Source: Haliotis cracherodii
Lineage: Eukaryota
Direction of reading: 5' to 3'
Assembly (NCBI RefSeq): GCF_022045235.1
Contig: NW_027266264.1
Span: 73,098,001-73,162,000 of the forward strand
DNA: 64,000 bases
The notes below the pieces were generated by a model. The model was not told the DNA's origin. It was given only the letters and a program-made list of their open reading frames with translations, and did not search any database. The position numbers and the translations under genes were made by a program. This document shows, piece after piece, positions 1 to 13,800 of this stretch (positions are counted from its first letter, which is position 1; every line of letters begins with the position of its first letter).

Positions 1-1478
1 GTATAATCTAGCGACACTCTACTACCCATATGGGGTACAATCTAGCGACACTCTACTACCCATATGTGGTACAATCTAGCGTCACCTTACTACCCATGTG
101 TGGTATAATCTAGCGACACTCTACTACCCATATGTGGTACAGACAATCTAGCGACACCCTACTACCCATATGTGGTACAATCTAGCGACACCTTACTATC
201 CATGTGCTGTATAATCTAGCGACACCCTACTACCCATATGTGGTAAAATCTAGCGTCACCTTACTACCCATGTGTGGTACAATCTAGCGACATCCCACTA
301 CCCATGTGTGGTATAATCTAGCGACACTCTACTACCCATGTGCGGTACAGACAATCTAGCGACACCCTACTACCCATGTGCGGTATAATCTAGCGACACC
401 CTACTACCCATGTGCGGTATAATCTAGCGACACCCTACTGCCCATATGTGGTACAATCTAGCGACACTCTACTACCCATATGGGGTACAACCTAGTGACA
501 CCTTACTACCCATGTGCGGTATAATCTAGCGACACCCTACTACCCATATGGGGTACAATCTAGCGACAACCCACTACCCATGTGCGGTATAATCTAGCGA
601 CACCCTACTGCCCATATGTGGTACAATCTAGCGACACTCTACTACCCATATGGGATACAACCTAGTGACACCTTACTACCCATGTGCGGTATAATCTAGC
701 GACACCCTACTACCCATATGGGGTACAATCTAGCGACAACCCACTACCCATGTGCTGTATAATCTAGCGACACCCTACTACCCATGTGCTGTATAATCTA
801 GCGGCACCCTACTACCCATATGGGGTACAGACAATCTAGCGACACCGTACTACCCATGTGCTGTACAGACAATCTAGCGACACCCTACTACCCATATGTG
901 GTACAATCTAGCGACAACCCACTACCCATGTGCTGTATAATCTAGCGACACTCTACTACCCATGTGCGGTATAGACAATCTAGCGACACCCTACTACCCA
1001 TATGTGGTACAATCTAGCGACACTCTACTACCCATGTCTGGTACAGACAATCTAGCGACACCCCACTACCTATATATGGTAAATCTAGCGACACCCCACT
1101 ACCCATATGTGGTACAATCTAGCTTCACCTTACTACCCATGTGTGGTATAATCTAGCGACACCTTACTACCCATATGCGGTATAATCTAGCGACACTCTA
1201 CTACCCATGTGCGGTATAATCTAGCGACACTCTACTACCCATGTGCGGTACAGACAATCTAGCGACACCCCACTACCTATATATGGTAAATCTAGCGACA
1301 TCCCACTACCCATATGTGGTACAATCTAGCGACACCCTACTACCCATGTGTGGTACAGACAATCTAGCGACACCTGACTACACATATGTTGTACAGACAA
1401 TCTAGCGACACCGTAGTACCCATGTCTGGTACAGACAATCTAGCGACACCCTACTACCATACGAGGTATAAACAACCT
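1..1478. repeat. Minisatellite, 34/38-bp unit (AATCTAGCGACACCCTACTACCCATRTGYGGTAY, +/-AGAC); runs off the window start
   Basis: Directly visible tandem array; ORF 962-1156 is a by-product. Confidence 0.97.
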
Positions 1479-1479
1479 A

Positions 1480-1663
1480 CAGACAATTCAGTCATTGACA
1501 TCATGAGCATCGATCCGCGCAATTTAGATCGATGACATGCATCAACCAAGACAGCGAGCCAGACCACCCGATCCCGATAGTCGCCTTTTACGACAAGCAT
1601 AGTCGCCTTTTACGGCAAGCATGAGTTGCTGAAGACCTATTCTACCCCGGATCTTCACGGGTC
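1480..1663 (-). mobile_element. SINE-like family S2 (GACCCGTGAAGATCC head), 3' end lost
   Basis: Reverse complement of the S2 consensus seen at 20441 and 37256. Confidence 0.85.
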
Positions 1664-1849
1664 GATTGAGCGACTGGAAGCAATTGAGAGACATAATGTA
1701 CCAAAACATGTTTGTATACTAGGCATTACTGAAATACTATTCAAAACGGTGTTAAACAAAGTTGATTCCCAAATTTGTACTTTGTAAGAAACTTTTTTAT
1801 TTGCGGTGCTTTTGGCGTTCAGTACATTTGTGAACGTTGTCTTGTAAAT

Positions 1850-2017
1850 GGGGCTGTCGGGTAGCCTAGTGGTTAAAGCGTTCGCTCGTCACGCCGAAGA
1901 CCCGGGTTCGATTCCCGACATGGGTACAATGCTTGAAGCCCATTTCTGGTGTCCCCCGCCGTGATATTGCTGGAATATTGCTAAAAGCGGCGTAAAACCT
2001 CACTCACTCACTCACTC
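1850..2017 (+). mobile_element. tRNA(Asp-like)-derived SINE family S1
   Basis: A box TAGCCTAGTGG, B box GGTTCGATTCC, GTC in the anticodon-like position, (CACT)n tail, GTAAAT flanking duplication; many near-identical copies in the window. Confidence 0.9.
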
Positions 2018-2945
2018 GTAAATATTTTATGTCCGTTTTGATTGACCCAGGTTCTACTTTGATAAATATGAGGTATCAATACTTCTGGGCGAATCAATAT
2101 TACGTTTGAAGGAATGAAACTTCTAGCGCAGCTAAGAATTGATGCATCGCGCGGAGAGAAGTACAAAGCTCCATCACAGTACATAAGAATTTTTCTATGT
2201 TTTAGGTATAGATGAGCATATCAGGTAATGTGTTGAGGTACGTCACAACTGTGGCACCCATCCTCCCACTCGAGTCCTGTAAACCTGAAGAGCAGGTAGA
2301 ACATAACTGTCGGATCGGTAATAATATGTTTTCCCGGCGGCGTCAGTAAACATCTTGCCCTTATTAACTACCGAACCGTTTTTGGACCAGTGCAGTACTT
2401 GTTCCTAGAAGCAAAAATGACACATGGCCGTCACGGCAGCCATATTGAAAATCCCCTTCTTTCCAAACTGTCATTAAATTGAGTATATGTGTGTTAATGT
2501 AGTGTGTTGTTTAGTGGGGCACAACGCAATTGTTTAGTTAAGTTTTTGTTTGATATTGTGAACTGACCTTGATTTGTGCTTTGCACGAAGACCATGTACT
2601 TCAATTTTGTCAATATGTTGTGTTTTGTGAAAGTCGATCTTTACCCCTGAAACTGCTGAAAAAATGTAACTGACACGGCTGTTTCTTGCATTGATGGTTC
2701 TACTATAATAACATGAACTGATGCGATTGTTTTTTTTTCTGTCTCTAAATAAATTTATCAAAAGTTTAAACCAAACGTTTCAGAGAGCATGCAACTTGGC
2801 AATCACTTAATTACCTCTGGATTCTTTGACAAGAAGGACGATGGACAAGTATCGCAAAACAGGCAATGAAGATATAGGAAGAAGGGTTTTTAAAGGTGTC
2901 TATAGTCACCTTGTGAACCATGTACGAAGGACGTATGTAAGAAAA

Positions 2946-3185
2946 CAGAATAGGTCTTCAGCAACCGATGCTTGCCATAAAAGGCGACAATGCTTGTCGT
3001 AAGAGGCGACTAAAGGGATCGGGTGGTCAAGCTCGCTGACTTGGTTGATGCATGTCATCGTTCCCAATTGCTTGGATCCATGTTCATGATGCCAATCACT
3101 GGATTGTCTTGTCCAGTCTCGATTATTTACGCCGTCATATTGCTGGAATATTGCTGAGTGCGGCGTTAAACAACAAACAAACAAA
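2946..3185 (+). mobile_element. SINE-like family S2 copy
   Basis: Matches S2 body and (CAAA)n tail. Confidence 0.85.
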
Positions 3186-4323
3186 ACGTTTCCAATGATC
3201 TCCGTCTGATACATGATGCATTTAATTTGCCTGATAAGATACTGTTATCTAAATCGTAACCACAGGCTGCAAACTTGTCAAGCGAGAGAGCACGTGCGGC
3301 AGAAGCTGCACGAGCTGCACGAGCTGCACGTGTTGTTTGCCTCTTCAATGCCACGTCAGCTGCTACGAGATGAGAATCGTGTTGTGTCTTGTCGGGCCCT
3401 GAAAACACAATTCGCGATATCGACTTTCACTGTTTGGTTTCCTTTTAAGCGTTAACATTTACAGGAAACATATACTTGGTGAGTATTGTTAAACTTATTG
3501 ATTTGACGAATACACAATTTAGTTTGGAAATGCACAACGACATACTTGTTACACATATATTGTTATACAAATGTGCGAGTGGCGGTGCTACCGGTAGTGC
3601 GTTTCATAGTTACATTGCGTTATGGATATAACATTTACAATATTAGCAATTTGACACGTTGTCTTGCTTTTCTCTTCATGTACGCCTATCCTTTCTATGT
3701 TTGGTCGATGATCTGTCATAATCCGAAGACCCGAGTTCGATTAACGACATGGGTACAATGTGTGAAGCCAAATTCTGGTGTCCCCGTTACATTACTGGAA
3801 GATTGCTAAAAGCGGCGTAAAACCATACTCACTCACTTATTATCCATTTCCGCCGCTCACCCTTCCTTTCAACCATGAAGATGACGCCACGCTTTTGTTG
3901 TTTTCAGAGCCGATAATTCACTGGCTTTTCTGAACTAGCATTTTAACAAGTAAATCTGACACAGCTATAGATCAGCAGAGAAATTATATATAATCCTCAA
4001 CATGGTTTTAGTCAGAGAAATTACTCGAATCTCTTGATTCCGGAAGCAGAGTTTCATGATTTTTCTGCTAGAAGCAAATAATACTGTTCATAGCACGCTT
4101 GAGTTGGGTCGTTAAAAAACCCGACTCAAAGTAACATGTCCCTTTCACACTACAACAGTAAATTGTATCCAGGGGAAATAACTGTCTGTACACACCGGAT
4201 ATTAATAACAACGTAAATCTCCTGGTAAACATGTATTTCCACAATGATACTTCAGGTATTTATGTTTCAAGTTTACAGGTGGCTGTGTTTAAACAGTGTT
4301 GTTACACTATACACGAGTTGAGG

Positions 4324-7300
4324 ATGGTGGCATTCAAGACAAAAGCAGGTGAAGGACTTTCATCGGTGTCGTTGCAATTCACGATGAAGATGTTAATATT
4401 TCATGATTTGCTTTGTCTACTATATTTCAGTTTCACTGCATTCTTGCATGGGCAAGATATGTCCTCTCTCAATGTGTTGTATGTAAACAGTATTTATCGA
4501 TTATCGCATTTCACCTCTGCACAGGGGGCACGGGTGGCCCAGTCGTCTAAGGCGCCGCGATTCGCTGTGCAGAGTTGCGTCCCTTGGGCAAGCCAGAAAC
4601 CTATGATTGTGGGTTCGAATCCCGGTTCGCCCCGATTATGTTTCTAGGTTTGTCAGTACCATACCCGTGCTCGTGGGTTTCACCGAAGTGGTAAACGTCT
4701 GAGACCTGCATCACTTCGGGCTTTCCTCCTACGCCGCGATATAACTGGAATAGCGTTAAAAGCGGCGTTAAACCCAACTCACTCACTCACATCTGCACAA
4801 TACTATATCATCGGATGGTTCCTCGGTATCTGCGCGTTGTGCTATTGTCTTTACACAATAGACCATTCTTAGACTGACAAAGTACGATTTAATGAAATGA
4901 AGACAAACTAAAGTTGAAATAACAGTTATTCGATTGGCATTGTTGCGATCATAAGGCGTGCCGGCGGTTGGGTATCTGTTATCTGTTGTTCGTTTTGGCC
5001 TGGGACCGTTTATCACTTTGCATGTCGCCGCTTCGGCTGATGCCTACTAACTACGGTCTAAAACCTCGTTCACTCACTCAGTCACTCTTTCAGCTTCTGT
5101 CGTCGTGATGATCCTGACGCTTTATATGATCATCCAGGAGCACATCTGGACTCAAATAACTCCATATGTTAGTAAGTATCTGGAACACATCTCCACATGT
5201 CTACCTTGCATCTCCCCGATGACCCGGGTGGCCTAGTCTCATGTGCGCTCCTTGGGCATTCCAGACACCTATAATCGTGGGTTTCGAATCCCAGATTATT
5301 TTTATAGGTTTGTCAGGTTTGTACCGGGCGGTGGAATAGCCTGGTGGTAGCTCGTCATGCGGCTGACATTGGTACAATGTGTGAAGCCCATTTCTGGTGT
5401 CCCCGTTGTAATGATACAGTGATATTGCCAAAAACGGCGTAAATCCATGCTGACTCTTACATTCAGGTTTGTTAGTGGGCTTCATCACACTGCAGGGGCT
5501 GTCGGGTAGCCTTGTGGTTAAAGCGTTCGCTCGTCACGCTGAAGACCCGGGTTCGATTCCCAACATGGGTACAATATGTGAAGCCCATTTCTGGTGCCCC
5601 CCGCCGTGACATTGCTGGAATATTGCTAAAAGCGGCGTAAAACCATACTCACTCACTCATTCATTTATCACACTGCAACACACTGGGCTTTCCTCCCACA
5701 TCATAACTGAAAAATATACCCGTGGTTAGAATTGGTCTTCAGCAACCCATGCTTGTCGTAAGAGATGACTAATGGGATCGGGTGATCGCTGCCTTGGTTA
5801 ATGCATGTTGTCGTACACCAGTTGCGTGGATAGCTGCTCATGATATCAATCACTGGATTATCTCAGACTCCATTATTTACAGACCGCCGTCATATAACTG
5901 GAATATTGCTGAGTGCGGCGTTAAACAACAAACAAACAACTGAAAAGGGCGTTAAACCACACTCATTTCTTCACGCACTAACATATCCACAGTGTCTCTG
6001 GTTGTTTGTAAAGCCGACTGAATTGGGGATTGGATGGCCTCATTGTTTGACCTGATATGGTCGTCGTGCCCCGATGGTTTAGATCATTGCTTGTGATTCT
6101 TCTGGTTTGCCAGACCCTGGCTGCCATTATTTAGCTGGACTGATAACACCAGCGTTAAACAACATTCTGCGACCACTCAATACTTATCGCAATCACAGAC
6201 ATTCTGTAATGAGTTCAGGCCTACATGTACCTTACAGCGTTTTCGGACACCGTGGAATTGTCCAACCGTGAAATACTGTGGGAACCATTAAGACCAGGTA
6301 GGTACATGCGATGTTGATTTTGAATATTATGAAAAAAATTAATATCTTTGCGCAAACAATATATATAACCAATTATATGTGGTTTTGTGAATAGAGCGCC
6401 TGTAGAGGGAGCGGAAGGTTGGTGTTTCGATCCCCGGTCGACTCATTCCTAAAGATGTTAAGAGATGGTACTTGTTGTTGCCCTTGGCATTAAGGGTATG
6501 AAACAAGGACTGGTCGGTTCTGAGTCAGGACACTGTCTGAGTAGGCTATCTATGTTATACTGCTGCATGTTATCTCAGTGGGCTAGCATTATTACCGATC
6601 TTACTAGTACAGCTATCTACATGCAATAATCTTGAACGCGACGTTGACCCCCCATTTCACCTCACCTTAGAAATGCCATGCTTATATGCCATCAGTGTGA
6701 AACGTTATTGTCCCAGCAGCATTGGCTGGTCGTGAGAGCAAACAGACCACGTGATTAGGCTGAAAGTTGGTCCTCACACCAAGACGGCGTGGATTGTTGC
6801 TCATATTACCAGTCATTGGATAGTCTGATCGAGACTCGATTATTTATAGGTCGCCGTCATCTACCTCCAATATTGCTGAGGGCGGTGTTAAACAACGCAC
6901 GTTTGTATTTACCAGTTATAATAGGAGGGTGTGGTTTGATTAAAGGGGCGGCTCTTCGTATTGTTCACCTTTACACACATTTATTTGTCTGATGACATGT
7001 CTTTGTGAAGCATGTCAAAACTCATGATGAAAACAAGGTATTCCACAGTTTTCTTAAACGAGCCAAGGATGTAGGACATAATGTCTATGTTGATTTTGTT
7101 GATGGTTCTGTACTACTGGCTGGTACAGAAATGAGTGTCAACCAAGCGAAGTACCATATCAAATCTGCCCAGACTAAAGGATTTTCAAGGATTTTCGAAA
7201 TTACGTACAGTGTGTTGAGAAGTTGTGTGATTTTGCATCAAAACGTAAATTTGAAATATAGCATATGTCAGAGGATGCCCAGCTTGGCAAAAAACACAGT

Positions 7301-7847
7301 ATATTAAGCGACATGATGGAATGGCTCGATCATTTTATTACCGTCTTCGCCATGCTTGTGGTTTTGACACAGAGGTCGATCCATGGTACGACCCAGAATA
7401 TGTAGAGTGCGTCATGGAAAATGATAAATGCAACAATTCTTTGGAATAGGTCCGTATACAGCCTCAGACCTATCCAGGCCCAAAAATCTGATCTTGTCCT
7501 TATCATTTGTATTATTTGAATGTTACGCTTGTATCCCAAGAGAAGTAGTCCGATTCCCCATTGTTCTCGGTGCCGTAGAGTTTGGTTCCTCCCAATCTGT
7601 TGACTGACATTGGGAGAGTACCTGGGTTTGCTACCAGGAATACAGCCCTTCTGACGATCTGAGTAATGCAGAAAGCTGCAGTGTTGGGGAGTCTTCACAT
7701 TCTCCGAAAGGTTCTGGGTTGGTTTGTCTAGGCAGCGCTTCCTGGGAGAAATCCCATTCGCTGTCTGGGCTGCGTGTAGAAGGGACAAGGGCCCTGGGCT
7801 GATGATGAGTAAACCCTTTTTGCTGCATTTTTTAATTTTAATCTGAA

Positions 7848-7881
<34 letters not shown>

Positions 7882-10800
7882 TAAACAAAAGATGTATTTA
7901 CAATATTATAATGTTTCAGTTGCCCTAGAAACCGTCACTTTTGAAGCTCTGCTAAAAGACTACACAAAGAAATTGAAAGGTAATGCATGAAGCCATAATG
8001 AACTTCAACAACTATCTGAATGAGGCGATCTTAGTCTTAACATTTAACTAAAATAAAGTAAACTAACGACCGTGAAACGACCTAAAAATTCAGTGACACC
8101 TAAACACCAGCTTTTTCGAAGAGTACTTGCAGTTATTTTCCTGTGTTGTTGTTGCAGATATACAAACTTCAGGGCTGTGGAGAAAGAATATAGTGAAACC
8201 ATGCGATGAAGAGATACATCCAGGTACATCACGCAGAACCCCCACAGTATGAAAGAACCCTGCATGTATCACAGAACGAACATTGTTTGACAAAATTCAC
8301 ATGGTACGACTGCACCTCGTGGTAAGACAGATGCATCCATGTACGACAGAACCTCATTGTATGACAGATGCATCCATGTACGACAGAACCTCATTGTATG
8401 ACAGATGCATCCGTGTACGACAGAACCTCATTGTATGACAGATGCATCCATGTACGACAGAACCTCATTGTATGACAGATGCATCCGTGTACGACAGAAC
8501 CTCATTGTATGACAGATGCATCTATGTACGACAGAACCTCATTGTATGACAGATGCATCCGTGTTCGACAGAACCTCATTGTAAGACAGATGCATCCATG
8601 TACGACACAACCTCATTGTATGACAGATGCATCCATGTACGACACAACCTCATTGTAAGACAGATGCATCCGTGTACGACAGAACCTCATTGTATGACAG
8701 ATGCATCCGTGTACGACAGAACATCATTGTATGACAGATGCATCCATGTACGACAGAACCTCATTGTATGACAGATGCATCCGTGTACGACAGCACATCA
8801 TTGTATGACAGATGCATCCATGTACGACAGAACCTCATTGTAAGACAGATGCATCCATGTACGACAGAACCTCATTGTATGACAGATGCATCCGTGTACG
8901 ACAGCACATCATTGTAAGACAGATGCATCCATGTACGACAGAACCTCATTGTAAGACAGATGCATCCATGTACGACAGAACCTCACTGTATGACAGATGC
9001 ATCCATGTACGACACAACCTCATTGTCTGACAGATGCATCCGTGTACGACAGAACCTCATTGTAAGACAGATGCATCCATGTACGACAGAACCTCACTGT
9101 ATGACAGATGCATCCGTGTACGACAGCACATCATTGTATGACAGATGCATCCATGTACGACAGAACCTCATTGTATGACAGATGCATCCATGTACGACAG
9201 AACCTCATTGTATGACAGATGCATCCATGTACGACAGCACATCATTGTATGACAGATGCATCCATGTACGACAGAACCTCATTGTATGACAGATGCATCC
9301 ATGTACGACAGCACATCATTGTATGACAGATGCATCCATGTACGACAGAACCTCATTGTATGACAAATGCATCCATGTACGACAGCACATCATTGTATGA
9401 CAGATGCATCCATGTACGACAAAACCTCATTGTATGACAGATGCATCCATGCACGACACAACCTCATTGTAAGACAGATGCATCCATGTAAGACAAAACC
9501 TCATTGTATGACAGATGCATCCATGTACGACAGAACCTCATTGTATGACAGATGCATCCATGTACGACACAACCTCATTGTATGACAGATGGATCCATGT
9601 ACGACAGAACCTCATTGTAAGACAGATGCATCCATGTACGACAGCACATCATTGTATGACAGATGCATCCATGTACGACACAACCTCATTGTATGACAGA
9701 TGCATTCATGTACGACAGAACCTCATTGTATGACAGATGCATCCATGTACGACACAACCTCATTGTATGACATGCATCCATGTACGACAGCACCTCATTG
9801 TATGACAGATGCATCCATGTACGACAGAACCTCATTGTATGACATGCATCCATGTACGACAGCACCTCATTGTATGGCAGATGCATCCATGTACGACACA
9901 ACCTCATTGTATGACAGATGCATCCATGTACGACAGAACCTCATTGTATGACAGATGCATCCATGTACGACACAACCTCATTGTATGACAGATGCATCCA
10001 TGTACGACACAACCTCATCTTACGACAGCACCGCATGGCCTGTCAGCATCTCATGGCAGGACACATCTCATGGCCTGTCAGCATCTCATGGCAGGACACA
10101 TCTCATGGCAGGACACATCTCATGGCAGGACACATCTCATGGCAGGACACATCTCTAACGGTACGACATAACTCTCATAACAGGACAGAACAATGAAGGT
10201 ATGACAGAACCATCCACATGTGACGGTCTTATGGCATGACAGATCTATCCCTGTACGACTGAACCGGTAAGGTATAACAGCTCTCATAGTATAACAGGAC
10301 ACTTATTGTACGACAGCATATCATGGTTTGAAATTGCTCGGGTATTGTTGATGGCGGTGATGTGACCCTCACATATCACCATAGGCAACGCTCGGGGGAA
10401 TTTGGTACCAATTCAATGATTTAGGGGCATAATCTGTCGCTCGCTCTATGTTCAGTAACGTGTATCCCAATCTGTATTAGTTAAACCGGTGTGTAAGTAC
10501 GTTCATCTCGCTATGTCCCCAGGCTGGGCTTGTGTTGAGTCCTCCTGTCCTCGACCCCAGCCTACAACACCCGAGGACAATCTTAGAAGTGTCTTGTCCA
10601 CCATGTCGGACCTCAACCACCAGCATCTCAGCCTAATTCTGGGGCTATTCCCAGAACCCCCCTCGGGCAAAAGAGTCATGTTCGTCAGTGCAGCGTCCAA
10701 AAACCACTACAATGAGTTACAGGGTCTGATGAGGAATCTCCATCAGAACGTCTTCCCCTACATCAGCAACTACACATTCGTGTATTACGATCTTGGACTG

Positions 10801-13800
10801 TTGCCGGGGCAACGTAAAAAGGTGAAAATATCAATGGATCTTCAAGAAAGGTCTGATTGTAGGGACCATTCAGATGTTTGTATTGTGTTAAGTATTATGG
10901 ACACCGGTGAAAACTATATCTCCAGGACGCCTTGAAATGCACGCTGAAACAATTAACCAATATGTGATCAAATAGTGAATTATTCGTGACACCCGGTGTT
11001 CACGAACACGTGAGCTTATCCTGTGCCATCAGTGGCACCCGTCACAAACACATGGAAAGGCAAGGCAAGGGGCTACCTGAACACACAAGGACACATGGTG
11101 GTACAGGTCAAAATGGGAAATTGCATGTGGCCAGTGATGTGTGAACATAAATATCCCCCACGTGTCTATCACACAAAGTTTTGAAAGTCTTGCAAGGGTC
11201 TTGAATGCTGTTACCCTGATCAAATAACGTATGGTTGAGAGTCGCATGACGCTCATCGCAATCTTCGTGGAGAGAGTTTACGCGATTGTATCTCAAAAGA
11301 CGTGGACATTGGACAATTATTCAACTACATATCATATCGGCCATATATCTAAAGTATAGGGGGCTGTCGGGTACCCTAGTGGTTAAAGCGTTTGCTCGTC
11401 ACGCCGAAGATCCAGGTTCGATTCCCGACATGGGTACAATGTGTGAAGTCCATTTCTGGTGTCCCCCGCCGTGATATTGCTGGAACATTGCTAAAAGCGG
11501 CGTAAAACCATACTCACTCACTCACTCTAAAGCATAAGTTAAACTTCTTGGCCCAATTCCTGTGTTTTCAATTTGCCAAATTGAATCCAAGCAATTATTC
11601 CGATTAACATATGCATACAGAACCACATCAGCATGGAGGGGAACACAATTGACGCGCATTGCGATGCACTGCCATTTCACAGAGATGTTATCTGTGGGAA
11701 GTCCAGCATTTCACGACTGTTTGCTCAGTTATGTTCAGATGGCATCGCTTTTATTTTTGACAACGCCCACGCGCCTCTCATCCGTTTAGTTGTGTGAATT
11801 TATTAATACGAAGGAGACCGCCTCCGTGGTCTAGTGGTAGAGCGTGCGCCCGGAGAGCGGAAGGTCCGGGATTCGATACCCGACCGCGTCATACCAAAAG
11901 ACGTTAAAAAATGGTACTTGTTGTAACCCTGTCTGGCGCTCGGCATTGAGGGGCTAAACAAAGACTGGTCGGCTCGGAGTCAGTATACTGTGTCTGAGTG
12001 GGGTATTCATGTTAAACTGCGGCATAGTATCTCAGTGAGCTAGCACTATAAATCGGCATGAGTCAAGCAGCCAAACACACACACGTGCATGCACGTCGCT
12101 ATATAAGTGGAATAAGCTTAGACGCGCCGTTATATCCAATTTCACCTCACCTCGCCTATTAATACGAAGATGACGAGAAAGGACAGAAAGATGTTTCTAA
12201 ATCACGAGGTTCAACCGAAATATATTGCTGTTTCAGTTGTGTTCCTTAAATCTTTTTCAGATTGAAAAACATTGTCGTTGTGAAGTTCGGAAGTTCCCAC
12301 AGAAGTATATACCGCTCAGACTCCAGAACCTAGGCTGTTTCGCGTGGAAGCCGTTCATTATACAGGTACTATAACTTGTGGTGCCCGATTAATGGGATCG
12401 TAGCTCTGGTTTGCTGGTTTGCCGGTTTGCCAGGATCTTATTCGAACATTTACACCTAACACAGATGAAATATTGCTGACTGCGGCGTTAAACAACATTG
12501 GTCTACTCACTCCGGCCTTCATATAGCTGACAGCAGTCGGCACAATAATGAGTGGATCATTCAAGAGTTGACGGCAATCGGCACAGAAATAATGCGTCTG
12601 TGACAGCAAATGCTGAAATGACAGTTTGTATTGGGAGGCAGTCGATATAACTGAACATGCATTCTCATATTACACTGTAAGATGGATGGCCTATGTTTTT
12701 CAGAGACAAAACACCCCACGATTTTATTATATTCTATACAGCCGGACCAAAGATGATATACACCATTCTTTTATGGAAGCAAAATATGAAAAAGTAAATG
12801 GTTATTCGTTGGTCTTGTATTTGATATGGTTATCATAGGCGATATTACATGCATCACATCAATTAGTATCTCATAACGAGTAAGCCTAGTAACGTTTTGT
12901 AATTATTTTGGTCATCATCATCTGTATGTTTTCTTTTGCCCTGCACTTTAGACTAGATTAATGGTATCAAATACGAGTACAGCATTTTGATAGAGAACCT
13001 TCACAAGAATTCCCCCATTCCATACTGAACGATTCTAATGCAGATTTATCATCCAGGGACATGGGTGACCCAGGTGACCCAGGTGACCCAGGTGACCCAG
13101 TCGTCTACAACGCTGCAATTCACTGTGCAGAGTTGCGTCCCTTAGGCATGCGAAAACACTTTTGTTTATGATTGTGGGTTCGACTCCCTTTTCGCCCCGA
13201 TTATGGTTCTAGGTTGGTCAACGCCACACCCGTTCTTGTGGGTTTCTCCAAAGTTGTACACGCCTAAGGCCTGAATCACTTCAGGCTATCCTCCTACATT
13301 AAGATGACCCTCCCTGATATAACTAGAATATTGTTCAAAGCAGCGTTAAACCAAATTCAGCCATTGGAATATTGCTAAAAACGGCGTAAAACCATACTCA
13401 CTTATTCACTCAATAACAATTCATACCGATATTTTAGGCTAACCTCCCAAAGACAGAAATATTGGTGTGGGTCGACTCGTGCGTCAGGTTCTGGAACAAG
13501 ACCGTTCCCCACCTGCTGAAGGACGTGGAGAGACGAGGCATTGTCACCTTCGGCAGCAACTACTCCGTTGCCCAACACACAATGAAGGAAACGGTCGCCT
13601 ACATGAAGGAAGATACTTGCAGTCTGGCTCCCGTCACAGAGGATCAGGGAGGGTTCCTGCTATTCCACAACGAGCAGTGGATACGAGAGGCAGTTATCAA
13701 ACCCTGGGTAGCATGTGCTATGAGTTCCAAGTGCATGTGCCCTCGACGTTCAGGTCACATGAAAAGATGCAACGTCAAAGTCCGAAAGTACAATAAGTGT

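Noticed and set aside
1-1478. CRISPR-like appearance of 29-38-bp repeats here and at 8324-10030 and 38965-39652
   Set aside because: Units are head-to-tail with no unique spacers, there are no cas genes, and the context is eukaryotic
1850-1925. Functional tRNA-Asp gene
   Set aside because: No proper acceptor stem; continues into a conserved SINE body and tail with TSDs and many copies
3166-3455. Overlapping ORFs with a GCTGCACGA x3 repeat as an exon or metal-response elements
   Set aside because: No recognisable protein; the motif does not match the TGCRCNC consensus
7005-7845. ORFs 7005-7307 (+) and 7330-7788 (-) as a nested gene in paralogue A intron 2
   Set aside because: No family motif or consistent exon chain recognised; possibly a decayed transposon. 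BLASTX would settle it
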